DNA of 64,000 nt from Chloroflexales bacterium (GTDB taxonomy: Bacteria > Chloroflexota > Chloroflexia > Chloroflexales > Roseiflexaceae), in contig JBBQSD010000016.1 in the NCBI GenBank assembly GCA_038214135.1, positions 460-64,459 of the forward strand, in the 5' to 3' direction. The notes beneath the pieces were generated by a model. The model ran no database searches. It saw nothing but the letters and a program-made list of their open reading frames with translations, and was not told the DNA's origin. Positions 20,538 to 30,057 of the stretch are shown one piece after another (the first letter of the stretch is position 1; every line of letters starts with the position of its first letter). The position numbers and the translations under genes were made by a program.

Positions 20538-22126
20538 GAAAGAACGATCTCGCGCACACGATCCTGATCGCGCAGCAGCGGCAGTTCTAGCCCATCCCAG
20601 AGCGCCTGCCAGCTTGCCTCAATGATATTTTCCGAACAGCCAACTGTGCTCCAGCGCTCTTCACCACGGGCCGATTCGATCAACACACGCGGCTTGGCGG
20701 CTGTTCCAAGATGTTCATCCACAATCCGCACTTTATAATCAACCAGCGAAACATCGGCCAGCGCCGGATAGTGGGGCAGCAATGCCTTGCGAATCGCACG
20801 ATCAAGCGCATTAACAGGCCCATCGCCCTCGGCAGCGGTGTGCATGACTTCGCCGCCAACACGGACTTTGACGATTGCCTGCGATTTGAGCGGATTATCG
20901 CCACGGGCCTCGATGATCACCGTAAAATCGAGCAATTCAAATGGTGCCTGATAATCCGGTGCTGCCCGCCGAACCAACATCTCAAACGAGCCCTCTGCCG
21001 CTTCAAACTGAAACCCACGGCTTTCCAGCTCCTTGATATGCTGCAGAACCACCCGTTCATTTCCAGCCAGATCAAGGCCAAGCGATTCGGCACGCATCTT
21101 GATATTGCCACGCCCGGCCAGTTCACTCACAACCACACGCAACTCGTTGCCAACCAATTCTGGATCGATATGCTGATAGGATTCTGGCACTTTGGCAACT
21201 GCGGCCACATGAATGCCACCCTTATGGGCAAAGGCGCTACGGCCAACAAATGGAGCTTGTGTATCGGGGTTCAGGTTTGCAATCGCGGCAACGAAGTGGG
21301 CAACCTCACTTAATCGGCGCAGTTGTGCGGTCTGAATACACTGATAGCCGAGCTTCAGCTGGAGATTTGCAATCAGCGGAATCAGATCCATATTGCCACA
21401 ACGCTCGCCATAGCCATTGATTGTGCCCTGAACCTGTACACAACCGGCGCGTACTGCCGCCAGGGCATTCGCAACCGCCAGCGCCCCATCGTTATGGGTA
21501 TGAATACCCAGTTGCGTTTTGAGGCCAAGCGCTGCAAAATGCTCACCGACCAGCGCAACGATCAGCGCAACCTGTTCTGGCAACGAGCCGCCATTCGTAT
21601 CACAGAATGTGACACAATCGGCACCGGCCTGTGCAGCAGCAGTGATCGTTTCGAGTGCATATTCGGCATCGAGCTTATAGCCATCGAAGAAGTGTTCGGC
21701 ATCATAGATCACTTCTTTGCCAAGCGATTTGAAGTAGGCCACACTGTCGCTGATCATCATCAGATTCTCGGCCAGCGTCGTTTCGAGCACACGCTCAACA
21801 TGCAGAACCGACGACTTGCCAACCAGGGTGACAACCGGAGTCTGTGCTTCGACAAGCGCTCGAATATTTGGATCGTTGGCACAGGTATTAGCGGCATGGC
21901 GGGTGCTGCCAAAGGCAGCAATCCGGGCATGCTGGAGATCGAATTCGCGAATGCGCCGAAAAAATTCGGCATCCTTCGGGTTGGAACCAGGCCAGCCACC
22001 TTCAATATAATGGACACCAAGCCGATCCAGCTCGCGGGCAATCTTCAGCTTATCGTCGGCGGAGAGCGAGAGCCCCTCACGCTGGGTTCCGTCACGGAGG
22101 GTGGTATCGTAGAGAAGGATTTGCAC
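20492..22126 (-). CDS. cimA: (R)-citramalate synthase (LeuA-related, CimA type)
   Basis: [27 protein letters not shown] and [14 protein letters not shown] motifs. GTG start at 22126, with AGGAG 7 nt upstream. 544 aa. Confidence 0.85.
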   Translation of the reverse strand: MQILLYDTTLRDGTQREGLSLSADDKLKIARELDRLGVHYIEGGWPGSNPKDAEFFRRIREFDLQHARIAAFGSTRHAANTCANDPNIRALVEAQTPVVTLVGKSSVLHVERVLETTLAENLMMISDSVAYFKSLGKEVIYDAEHFFDGYKLDAEYALETITAAAQAGADCVTFCDTNGGSLPEQVALIVALVGEHFAALGLKTQLGIHTHNDGALAVANALAAVRAGCVQVQGTINGYGERCGNMDLIPLIANLQLKLGYQCIQTAQLRRLSEVAHFVAAIANLNPDTQAPFVGRSAFAHKGGIHVAAVAKVPESYQHIDPELVGNELRVVVSELAGRGNIKMRAESLGLDLAGNERVVLQHIKELESRGFQFEAAEGSFEMLVRRAAPDYQAPFELLDFTVIIEARGDNPLKSQAIVKVRVGGEVMHTAAEGDGPVNALDRAIRKALLPHYPALADVSLVDYKVRIVDEHLGTAAKPRVLIESARGEERWSTVGCSENIIEASWQALWDGLELPLLRDQDRVREIVLSESAGFSLRQREDAP

Positions 22127-22194
22127 CGAGATACTCCTTATTCCTGAATACTATACTCCTCGCGGCTGAGGGTTGGACAGAAGCCTAATTCATC

Positions 22195-22221
22195 CGCAGA
22201 TTGCGCAGATTGCGCAGATTG
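22195..22221. repeat. 9-nt tandem repeat (CGCAGATTG)x3
   Basis: Three perfect copies in the cimA-pheA spacer. Confidence 0.9.
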
Positions 22222-22268
22222 AAAGGGAACATTGATGATCGGTTGTGCATAAGCACTGTGTTCGTATG

Positions 22269-23114
22269 TCAAGCATTGCCCACTATATCTTTCCAGCGCG
22301 GATAGCTACCGAAGATTTTCATCAGGCCAGTCTTTGCGCGCAGGCGCTCAAGTGCAGCAGCGACATGCGGATCTGTGCGATGGCCATTAATATCCACCAG
22401 AAAGATGTAGCTGCCCAGAACCTGCTTCGATGGCCGCGATTCAAGCTTGGTCATGTTAATATTGGCAACTGCCAGTTCCTGAAGGGCACCAACCAGCGAG
22501 CCAGAGCGATCTTCCTCACCAAATCCAAAGCAGAAGCTGGTTTTATCATCACCGGTTGGCGGGTGATCCAAGCGGCTCAGCGCAATAAAACGGGTGACAT
22601 TACTCGCCCGATCCTGAATATCGTGGGCCAGAATCGCTGCACCAGTCAATTCTGCAGCGCGTTGCGTGCCAATCGCCACCGCAGAACGTTCATCGGCGAG
22701 CGCCTCGGCGGGAGCCACCGAATTACTCAGCGAGGCAATCGTTACCACATTTGGCAGAATCCGCTCAATGAAGCGCCGACACTGGCCCAGCGATTGTGGG
22801 TGTCCATACAGGATTTTCACATCACTGAGCCGCGTGCCTGCTCGGCCCATCAGGAAATGGCGAATTGGCACAACCATCTCGCCATAGATCCGCAGATCCG
22901 TCTCGTGGATCAGCAGATCGAGCGTTGTTGTAACGCCACCCTCAAGGACATTTTCGACGGGCAGCATACCAGCATCGGCTGCGCCTGTCTCAACAGCAGT
23001 GACAACCGCCGGCATACTGTTCATTGGCAGATGAGCAGCGCCCGGATCGTAGCCAAGTGCTGCGGCTTCGCTATAGCTGCCTGGTGGGCCAAGGTAAGCA
23101 ATGGTTATTGTCAT
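22269..23114 (-). CDS. pheA: prephenate dehydratase (PDT + ACT domains)
   Basis: IAYLGPPGSYSE N-terminus, NVTRFIAL (TRF motif), and LESRPSK in the ACT region. 281 aa. Confidence 0.9.
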   Translation of the reverse strand: MTITIAYLGPPGSYSEAAALGYDPGAAHLPMNSMPAVVTAVETGAADAGMLPVENVLEGGVTTTLDLLIHETDLRIYGEMVVPIRHFLMGRAGTRLSDVKILYGHPQSLGQCRRFIERILPNVVTIASLSNSVAPAEALADERSAVAIGTQRAAELTGAAILAHDIQDRASNVTRFIALSRLDHPPTGDDKTSFCFGFGEEDRSGSLVGALQELAVANINMTKLESRPSKQVLGSYIFLVDINGHRTDPHVAAALERLRAKTGLMKIFGSYPRWKDIVGNA

Positions 23115-23123
23115 ATGTTTATA

Positions 23124-23230
23124 GAACCAAGTATTCAGGAGTCAGGAGTCAGAATTCAGAATGGGTCACACTACCAGCTTCTTGCGTGCAATCGACGGAA
23201 CCCTTCTCCTGACTCCTGACTCCTGACTCA
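23124..23230. repeat. STRR-like heptamer inverted-arm element
   Basis: GAACCAAGTATTCAGGAGTCAGGAGTCAGAATTCAGAATG ... TTCTCCTGACTCCTGACTCCTGACTCA. It fills the pheA-leuA spacer. Confidence 0.9.
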
Positions 23231-23232
23231 TC

Positions 23233-24894
23233 CTACGCCGGTTCCTCAACAATACTATTGCCAAACGCATCAACGGCATAGGCGCTTGAGCCGGCATCAT
23301 AGCCAGCGGCATACGCAGCCCGCTCGGCCTTAATCCGCGCTTCGCGAGCGGCCAAGAGCTTATTCATCGCGCCCAGATAGGCTTCCGCAGCAGCAACAAT
23401 TGTATCGGTGTTGACACTATAGCCGCTATACACCGGTGGCCCACGTCGGCCAGCCTGCTCCGCAGCACCCTGCTCACTGATCCGCACCGTCACTTCGGCA
23501 ACAGCATCAATGCCTTCCGTGATTGCGTTAATCGCAAATTCGGTGAGTTCTGCCGGGCGCTTAATCACCTTGTTCATGGCCTGATAGACGGCATCGACCG
23601 GGCCAGTTCCGTGAGCAGCCTCGGTGAATACTTGCCCATCCGGGCCGCGCAATCGCACCGTTGCAACCGGGGTAACGCCAGTTCCACATGTGACCTGGAC
23701 ATGTTCGATTGCGAAAATCTCGGGCACATGCTGGGTTTCACCAGCAATCAGCGCCTCGATATCACGGTCATCGACCATCTTCTTGCGATCACACAGTTCC
23801 TTAAAGCGGGTGAACACTGTCTGGAATTCCTGATCGGTCAACTGGTAGCCAAGCTTTTCGACATGTTTGCGGAAGGCATGGCGACCACTATGCTTACCCA
23901 GAACCAGTTCGTTTCCATCGAGGCCAACCGATTGTGCATCCATGATCTCGTAGGTCATACGGTTCTTGAGCACGCCATCCTGATGGATGCCCGATTCGTG
24001 GGCGAAGGCATTCGCACCAACAATCGCCTTATTCGGTGGTACCGGCACGCCAATGAACGAACTGACCAAGCGGCTTGAACGGGCCAATTCCTGTGAATGC
24101 ACCTTGCTATCGACACCATAGAACTGATGGCGGGTTTTGAGCGCCATGACCACTTCTTCAAGTGAGGCATTGCCGGCTCGTTCGCCAATACCATTGATTG
24201 TACATTCAATCTGGCGAGCGCCATTATGCACACCGGCCAGCGAGTTGGCAACTGCCATGCCAAGATCATCATGGCAGTGGGTCGAGATGATCACATTTTC
24301 GGCACCAGGGACATTGGCACGGATTCCGGCGATCATGGCACCATATTCTTCGGGGGTTGCATAGCCAACTGTATCGGGGATATTCAGCGTTGTTGCACCA
24401 CACTCAATCGCCACCTTGAGCGTCTGATACAGGAATTCCGTATCCGAGCGCGAGGCATCCATTGGCGAGAACTCAATGTCATCGCACAAGCTGCGCGCAT
24501 AGCTGACCATCTCGCCAATCAGTTCGAGCGCCTCACCACGGCTTTTGCGGAACTGGTGTTCGAGGTGAATATCGGAGGTGGACATGAATGTATGGATGCG
24601 CTTCTTCACCGCCGGCTGAATCGCCGTCCAGGCCTTATCAATATCGTCCTTATGGGCACGCGCCAGGGCAGCAATCGTCGGGCCATCGGCAGTACCAACT
24701 ATGCCAGCGATCTGGTGAACGGCAGCCCAATCGCCAGGGGAAGCAGCCGGAAATCCCGCCTCAATAATATCGACATTCAGGCGGGCCAACTGGCGGGCAA
24801 CTTCCAGTTTCTCTTCCAGGGTCATCGTGCAGCCAGGGGCCTGTTCGCCATCGCGCAGTGTCGTATCGAAGATACGTACGTGATCTTCTGACAT
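23233..24894 (-). CDS. leuA: 2-isopropylmalate synthase
   Basis: [13 protein letters not shown] and [14 protein letters not shown] motifs, plus a C-terminal LeuA dimerisation/regulatory region. 553 aa. Confidence 0.93.
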   Translation of the reverse strand: MSEDHVRIFDTTLRDGEQAPGCTMTLEEKLEVARQLARLNVDIIEAGFPAASPGDWAAVHQIAGIVGTADGPTIAALARAHKDDIDKAWTAIQPAVKKRIHTFMSTSDIHLEHQFRKSRGEALELIGEMVSYARSLCDDIEFSPMDASRSDTEFLYQTLKVAIECGATTLNIPDTVGYATPEEYGAMIAGIRANVPGAENVIISTHCHDDLGMAVANSLAGVHNGARQIECTINGIGERAGNASLEEVVMALKTRHQFYGVDSKVHSQELARSSRLVSSFIGVPVPPNKAIVGANAFAHESGIHQDGVLKNRMTYEIMDAQSVGLDGNELVLGKHSGRHAFRKHVEKLGYQLTDQEFQTVFTRFKELCDRKKMVDDRDIEALIAGETQHVPEIFAIEHVQVTCGTGVTPVATVRLRGPDGQVFTEAAHGTGPVDAVYQAMNKVIKRPAELTEFAINAITEGIDAVAEVTVRISEQGAAEQAGRRGPPVYSGYSVNTDTIVAAAEAYLGAMNKLLAAREARIKAERAAYAAGYDAGSSAYAVDAFGNSIVEEPA

Positions 24895-24918
24895 TATTTC
24901 TCTCCCTCACCTGTAAGA

Positions 24919-24984
24919 ACTCAGGAGTCAGGAGTCAGAAATCAGAATGACAACTGCTGACTTCCGACTCCTGACTCCTGAATA
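24919..24984. repeat. STRR-like heptamer inverted-arm element
   Basis: TCAGGAGTCAGGAGTCAG (24921-38) ... CTGACTTCCGACTCCTGACTCCTGA (24957-81). It fills the leuA-ilvC spacer. Confidence 0.9.
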
Positions 24985-26007
24985 CTACGCCCCACCCTGC
25001 CCAGGAATAACCTCGCGCGGGTTGACGAATGGCATCATGCGCCGCAGATCACGACCAACCTGCTCAATTCGGTGATCGACATCGGTTGCGCGGGCCTTGT
25101 TGAAGCGCGGGCGCCCGTTATGGTTCTCCTCGATCCAGTCCTCGGCAAAGGCGCCGCTCTGAATATTGGCCAGCAGTTGCTTCATAGCAGCCCGAGTCTG
25201 CTCATTGATGATCTGTGAGCCAGCCACATAATCGCCCCACTCAGCCGTATCGGAAACCGAGTAGCGCATGTAGTTCAGGCCACCCTGGTAGAACAGATCA
25301 ACAATCAGCTTCAGCTCGTGCATGCACTCGAAGTAAGCGACTTCCGGCTGATACCCTGCGTCAACCAGTGTCTCGAAGCCAGCCTTGACCAACGCCGACA
25401 CACCGCCACACAGAACCGCCTGCTCGCCAAACAAATCGGTCTCGGTCTCCTCGGCGAAGGTTGTCTTCAGCACACCAGCCTTGGTGCTACCAATACCCTT
25501 GGCATAGGCCAGCGCATCCTCAAATGCATGGCCGCTGGCATCCTGATGAATGGCAACCAGTGCTGGCACACCACCACCCTGGGTATAGACCTCGCGAACC
25601 CGGTGGCCTGGTGCCTTGGGCGCAACCATGCTGACATCTACACCGGCTGGTGCAACGATCTGGCCATAGCGAATGTTGAACCCATGGGCGAACATCAGCG
25701 TCTTGCCTGGCGTTAAATCCGGCGCAATATGATCGCGATACAACGCTGCCTGGCCAGTATCGGGCGTGACGATCATAATGATCTGTGATGCCTTGGTCGC
25801 ATCGGCAACCGAAAGCACCTCAAGGCCATCGGCCTGCGCCTTAGCCCAGCTTTTCGAGCCTTCGTACAAGCCGACACACACATCGAGGCCGCTATCTTTG
25901 AGGTTGCGGGCGTGGGCATGGCCCTGGCTGCCATAGCCAATGACCGCAATCTTGCGCCCATTCAGTCGATTAAGATCCGCCTGATTGTCGTAATAAAGCT
26001 CTGCCAT
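24985..26007 (-). CDS. ilvC: ketol-acid reductoisomerase
   Basis: [21 protein letters not shown] motif. I set the start to ATG 26007 (MAELYYDNQ), which has GAGGAG upstream. Confidence 0.95.
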   Translation of the reverse strand: MAELYYDNQADLNRLNGRKIAVIGYGSQGHAHARNLKDSGLDVCVGLYEGSKSWAKAQADGLEVLSVADATKASQIIMIVTPDTGQAALYRDHIAPDLTPGKTLMFAHGFNIRYGQIVAPAGVDVSMVAPKAPGHRVREVYTQGGGVPALVAIHQDASGHAFEDALAYAKGIGSTKAGVLKTTFAEETETDLFGEQAVLCGGVSALVKAGFETLVDAGYQPEVAYFECMHELKLIVDLFYQGGLNYMRYSVSDTAEWGDYVAGSQIINEQTRAAMKQLLANIQSGAFAEDWIEENHNGRPRFNKARATDVDHRIEQVGRDLRRMMPFVNPREVIPGQGGA

Positions 26008-26035
26008 GATCTCCTCTGATCCATATTTACAAATC

Positions 26036-26230
26036 AGGAACCAGGAGTCCGAATGCTCACTGCGCTCGCTGATAACACACAATTATTCGGGAAGTATTCA
26101 GGAGTCAGTATTCAGGAGTCAGAATACTCGCTGATAACGCCATAGAGTATTCGGGAGCCACAATAAATGGCGGAACATCTCTTCTGACTTCTGACTTCTG
26201 ACTTCTGACTTCTGACTTCTGACTTCTCGC
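26036..26230. repeat. composite repeat: duplicated unit, heptamer arms and (TTCTGAC)x6 microsatellite
   Basis: The unit ..GAATRCTC..GCTGATAAC..TATTCGGGA occurs twice. It also contains GTATTCAGGAGTCAGTATTCAGGAGTCAGAATA and six perfect TTCTGAC copies at 26182-26223. Confidence 0.9.
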
Positions 26231-26231
26231 C

Positions 26232-26774
26232 CTAATTCATCGTCGGTACTTGCTCGGGGGCGTGTCCATTGCTCTCCAGCACATCCTCGGCAGCGTGGCC
26301 ACGGCCCCCACGAACCATTGCGATCCGTCCGGTTCGCATCATCTCCTTGATACCAAATGGCTTGATCACATCAATGAAATTCTGCACCTTCGCTGGCGAG
26401 CCGGTCATCTCCACCACCATTGTATTTGCGCCAACATCAACGATTTTCGCATCGAAGATCTCGGTCAGCGCCACGATTTCGGGCCGCTTGCCGCCAGGAA
26501 TATGCAATTTCGCCAGTACCATCTCCCGCTCGACCGTCGGGTCGTTGGTGACATCACTGACTTTCAGGACTTCGATCAGGCGGTAGAGTTGCTTCACAAC
26601 CTGCTCAACATCCTCCCACTCGATCACAACCGTCAACCGGCTGACGCCTGGTGTCTCGCTATGGCCAACCGCCATGCTCTCGATATTATAGCCGCGCCGC
26701 CGGATCAACCCAATCACGCGGCTGAGCACACCAGCCCGATCCTGAACCAGCGCCACAATCGTATGTTTCTTCAT
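26232..26774 (-). CDS. ilvN: acetolactate synthase small (regulatory) subunit
   Basis: ACT domain HTIVALVQDRAGVLSRVIGLIRRRGYNIESMAVG. 180 aa. It lies 20 nt downstream of ilvB. Confidence 0.93.
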   Translation of the reverse strand: MKKHTIVALVQDRAGVLSRVIGLIRRRGYNIESMAVGHSETPGVSRLTVVIEWEDVEQVVKQLYRLIEVLKVSDVTNDPTVEREMVLAKLHIPGGKRPEIVALTEIFDAKIVDVGANTMVVEMTGSPAKVQNFIDVIKPFGIKEMMRTGRIAMVRGGRGHAAEDVLESNGHAPEQVPTMN

Positions 26775-26794
26775 GAAAGCACTATCCTTTGTTA

Positions 26795-28528
26795 TTACGC
26801 CTCGGATGCATTCACAATCATCTCGCCAATACTCTTGTTCTGTGGCACCATCGGGAAGACATTCACCTCGCGCTCAACCCGGAAGTCGATCAGCACCGGG
26901 CCATCAGTTGCGTAGGCCTCTAGGATTGCTGCCTCAACATCCTCACTGCGCTCGACGGTAATACCTTTCCAGTGGTATGCTTCGGCCAGCTTGGCAAAAT
27001 CCGGGCCGGAGAGCGGGGTACCGCTATAGCGCTTGCCCTCAAACAGCTCCTGCCACTGGCGCACCATACCAAGATAGCCATTGTTGATCACGGCAATCTT
27101 GACATTCTTGATCCCTTCCTGGATCATCGTCGCCATTTCCTGGTTCATCATCTGGAAGCCGCCATCGCCGCAAATCGCCCAGACGGTATCTTCGGGGTGA
27201 GCAATTGCCACACCCATGGCCGCAGGAACCGAGAAGCCCATTGTGCCAGCGCCACCAGAGGTAATATGCGTTCGTGGGCGGTACCAATCGAGCAACTGAG
27301 CGGCCCACATCTGGTGCTGGCCGACATCGGTGACGATTCGGTATTTGCCACGTGTATTGACTATCTGAGTCAGCGCATTATAGACATCAACAGGTGGGAG
27401 TGAAACACCCTCATCGCGTTTTGAGTATTGTTGCTTGGGCTGGTGCTGGTGCTGCATCTCGCGGATATGTTCGAGCCAATCAGATGCGTTACCATGCAGA
27501 ATTGCCAATTCTTCGCGATCTGGCAGTTCGTCCATCAGCGCCTGGAGCACCATGCGTGCATCACCGACGATTGGGATGGCAACCTTCACATTCTTGCCGA
27601 TTTCGGAGGGATCGATATCGACATGAATGACCTGGGCGTTCGGCGCAAACGTGCTGGCCTTGCCTGTCACACGGTCATCGAAGCGGCCACCAATATTGAA
27701 CAGCACATCGCATTCCTGGATGGCGCGGTTAACGTGAACCCAACCATGCATTCCTGGCATCCCAATACTCAGCTGATGATCCTCGGGGATTGAACCAATC
27801 CCGTGCAGTGTCGTGATCACCGGAATATGCAAGCGTTCCGCAAATGCCCGCAATTCTCCATCCGCACCGGACATGATCACGCCATTACCAGCCATGATCA
27901 ATGGCTTCTTGGCTGCCAGCAACAGTTTGATCGCCTCACGGATCTGTTTGCGATTGCCCTGGTAGTTTGGCTTATAGCCAGGCAGGTTGAGTTTGATATC
28001 CCAGTTTGGCACAACCGATGCCATCATCGCATCCTTGGTGATGTCGATCAGCACCGGGCCTGGGCGGCCTGTGGTTGCAATATGGATCGCCTCTTTGAAG
28101 ACATATGGCAGTTCATCGGCCTTCTTGATCAGATAGTTATGCTTGGTAATCGGCATCGTGATGCCAGTAATATCCGTTTCCTGGAAGGCATCCTTGCCCA
28201 GCACATGGCTACCGACCTGGCCGGTGATCGCCAGAATTGGCGTGCTATCCATCATCGCATCAGCAATCGGGGTCACGAGGTTGGTGGTGCCTGGGCCGCT
28301 GGTTCCAATACAAACGCCAATGCGGCCTGTTGCACGCGCATAGCCTTCGGCAGCGTGGCCAGCACCCTGCTCGTGGCGGCAGAGCACATGGCGCAATTGA
28401 TCACGATATTCCCACATTGCATAATAGAACGGCATGATTGCCCCACCCGGTATGCCGAACATCACGTCCACGCCATCACGGATCAGCGCCTCACACATAA
28501 TCTGAGCGCCGGTACGCTTCTCTGACAT
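26795..28528 (-). CDS. ilvB: acetolactate synthase large (catalytic) subunit
   Basis: ThDP motif GDGGFQMMNQE and an FAD/ThDP enzyme layout. I set the start to ATG 28528 (MSEKRTG), which has GAGGAGG 5 nt upstream. Confidence 0.93.
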   Translation of the reverse strand: MSEKRTGAQIMCEALIRDGVDVMFGIPGGAIMPFYYAMWEYRDQLRHVLCRHEQGAGHAAEGYARATGRIGVCIGTSGPGTTNLVTPIADAMMDSTPILAITGQVGSHVLGKDAFQETDITGITMPITKHNYLIKKADELPYVFKEAIHIATTGRPGPVLIDITKDAMMASVVPNWDIKLNLPGYKPNYQGNRKQIREAIKLLLAAKKPLIMAGNGVIMSGADGELRAFAERLHIPVITTLHGIGSIPEDHQLSIGMPGMHGWVHVNRAIQECDVLFNIGGRFDDRVTGKASTFAPNAQVIHVDIDPSEIGKNVKVAIPIVGDARMVLQALMDELPDREELAILHGNASDWLEHIREMQHQHQPKQQYSKRDEGVSLPPVDVYNALTQIVNTRGKYRIVTDVGQHQMWAAQLLDWYRPRTHITSGGAGTMGFSVPAAMGVAIAHPEDTVWAICGDGGFQMMNQEMATMIQEGIKNVKIAVINNGYLGMVRQWQELFEGKRYSGTPLSGPDFAKLAEAYHWKGITVERSEDVEAAILEAYATDGPVLIDFRVEREVNVFPMVPQNKSIGEMIVNASEA

Positions 28529-28671
28529 CAAAACCTCCTCATTACGATTGCTGCGTGCCATTCGTGGGTGTCATCGGTTGCGATTCCCGGCATGTCGGCA
28601 CAAGCGGGTCTGCCGTAGGCAACATCATCGTCGCCTCGGGTGGATGACGGCATCGTCGGTGCGGTGAGATA

Positions 28672-28712
28672 CGTACACAAACTGAACGGCCCCTCCCGGT
28701 TTGGGAGGGGCC
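28672..28712 (-). terminator. attenuator terminator of the ilv-leu leader
   Basis: Minus strand GGCCCCTCCC-AAACC-GGGAGGGGCC is followed by GTTCAGTTTGTGT. It lies between the leader ORF and ilvB. Confidence 0.6.
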
Positions 28713-28756
28713 GTGTGTTTCACCATCACTGAACCTACGCTTTTCCTCCCAGCTAC

Positions 28757-28825
28757 CTATAAGCCCTTGATAATAATCAGGACTACAAGAAGAAGGCTAA
28801 GAAGGAGATTTGAGCGCGGTGCCAT
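28757..28825 (-). CDS. ilv-leu leader peptide MAPRSNLLLSLLLVVLIIIKGL
   Basis: A 22-codon ORF in which 12 of 13 consecutive codons are Leu/Val/Ile. It is flanked by a promoter and a terminator. Its SD is weak (GAAAGAA). Confidence 0.65.
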   Translation of the reverse strand: MAPRSNLLLSLLLVVLIIIKGL

Positions 28826-28864
28826 CAGCGATATTCTTTCGTCAAACAATAGAGAGCTATTGGT

Positions 28865-28892
28865 AGTATACCGCGGATGAGGAAATTGTCAA
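28865..28892 (-). promoter_or_regulatory. sigma-70-type promoter of the ilv-leu operon
   Basis: Minus strand TTGACA (28892-28887), 16-nt spacer, TATACT (28870-28865). It sits immediately after the sortase stop codon. Confidence 0.6.
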
Positions 28893-28895
28893 ATA

Positions 28896-29756
28896 CTAAC
28901 GCGCCGACCAATGGCTCATTGCTGGCCCTTGCTCATTGTTTTTGAATGGTACTGCTCGCACAATCACACGCTCAGTAAACCTGTCTTTGCCAGTCGGAGG
29001 CCAACAGGTAATCATGGTGATCATCTCGCTATCGGTTGGCGTGATATATTGGGCATTCTCGGCCTGCTTTTCCGGCGATACGCCTTCCTCAGTGACGAGC
29101 ATCTTATCCGTGACGATATACAGATATTGCTGCCCAGCACTATACAGCGTTATTTGATCACCAGGCGAGAGCTTGATCAGATCTTTGAAAACCTTGCCAT
29201 AACCACCAACGTGCCCGGCCAGCACAATATTGGTGCCATCACCAGGGTTGGCTGAACCCAAATGATGACCAACCGCATATTCGGCAACCTGCCAAACTGC
29301 ATATTGTGTGCCTTTTTGAACCTTGATCTCCCAGCCAACACTCACAACCTTTGAGTCGATATCGATCTTAGGGATCACCAGCCGAGTAATGGTTGATTCT
29401 TTGGTAGCCGCAACAGGATTAGGCACTGTGCTGGTTACCTGGCCATCAACTGCTTCCGTATTGTTCAACACAATTGGAACAAATGGCGCTGGTTCAGCTT
29501 CAGCACGTTGAGATGGCAACAGTGGAACTGCTTCCTCAATGGCTGGGATCACTGGTTTCGGAGCGGGAACATCCGTATCGCCACGGGCAGCATAGCGATT
29601 ATATTCGGCATCTGCATAGATTCCACCAACATACAATAGGAGTATTGCACCAATAAGCATCAGCAGATTGCTGAATGTCATCAACAGCTTTGCCCGTGTT
29701 GTTAGGGGCGGGCGTTCGGTGCGTATGCGCGGTATCGCCTGGTTCAACCGGATCAT
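28896..29756 (-). CDS. sortase family transpeptidase
   Basis: N-terminal TM, catalytic His in VLAGHVGG, Cys in MITMITCWPP (TLxTC-like), and Arg in RVIVRAV. Confidence 0.8.
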   Translation of the reverse strand: MIRLNQAIPRIRTERPPLTTRAKLLMTFSNLLMLIGAILLLYVGGIYADAEYNRYAARGDTDVPAPKPVIPAIEEAVPLLPSQRAEAEPAPFVPIVLNNTEAVDGQVTSTVPNPVAATKESTITRLVIPKIDIDSKVVSVGWEIKVQKGTQYAVWQVAEYAVGHHLGSANPGDGTNIVLAGHVGGYGKVFKDLIKLSPGDQITLYSAGQQYLYIVTDKMLVTEEGVSPEKQAENAQYITPTDSEMITMITCWPPTGKDRFTERVIVRAVPFKNNEQGPAMSHWSAR

Positions 29757-29966
29757 AATTTATCCTACAAATACATGCATCCTCTAATCATGGAAACGAA
29801 GCATACCACGTTCTGGATCTGTACAATAATGTAGATCTGATGAGTAGTATACCATTGCACCAGCGCAGCCAATTGGCAATCAGAAATCTATCTATGAGCA
29901 GACGCTGATCAGATTATACCAATTCAACAGGCTTGCATACTTCAGGCGTATGATCTTTTACTGTTC

Positions 29967-30057
29967 ATCGGGTATTGTTATCTCTACCCACCGCGGGCTG
30001 AAGCCACGCGGCTATGGGTGCATTATTTCCTGGCCGCAGGCTTCAGCCTGCGGATTC
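29967..30057 (+). repeat. ~90-bp double-hairpin intergenic repeat, copy 3 of 3
   Basis: ATCGGGTATTGTTATCTCTACCCACCGCGGGCTGAAGCCACGCGGCTATGGGTGCATTATTTCCTGGCCGCAGGCTTCAGCCTGCGGAT. Confidence 0.85.

Noticed and set aside
22245-23219. Large antisense ORFs opposite real genes: 22245-23219 (+), 21323-22147 (+), 46498-47292 (-), 9129-10064 (-), 34407-35153 (-), 56834-57538 (-), 41484-42263 (+), 27803-28525 (+) and 24226-24891 (+).
   Set aside because: These are shadow ORFs of moderately GC-rich coding regions. Their translations are low-complexity (Arg/Ala/Gly/His-rich) with no motifs, while the opposite strand encodes clearly recognisable proteins.
28529-28756. A T-box or other riboswitch upstream of ilvB.
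   Set aside because: I saw no T-box consensus or specifier-loop architecture. The BCAA-rich leader ORF plus terminator explains the region.
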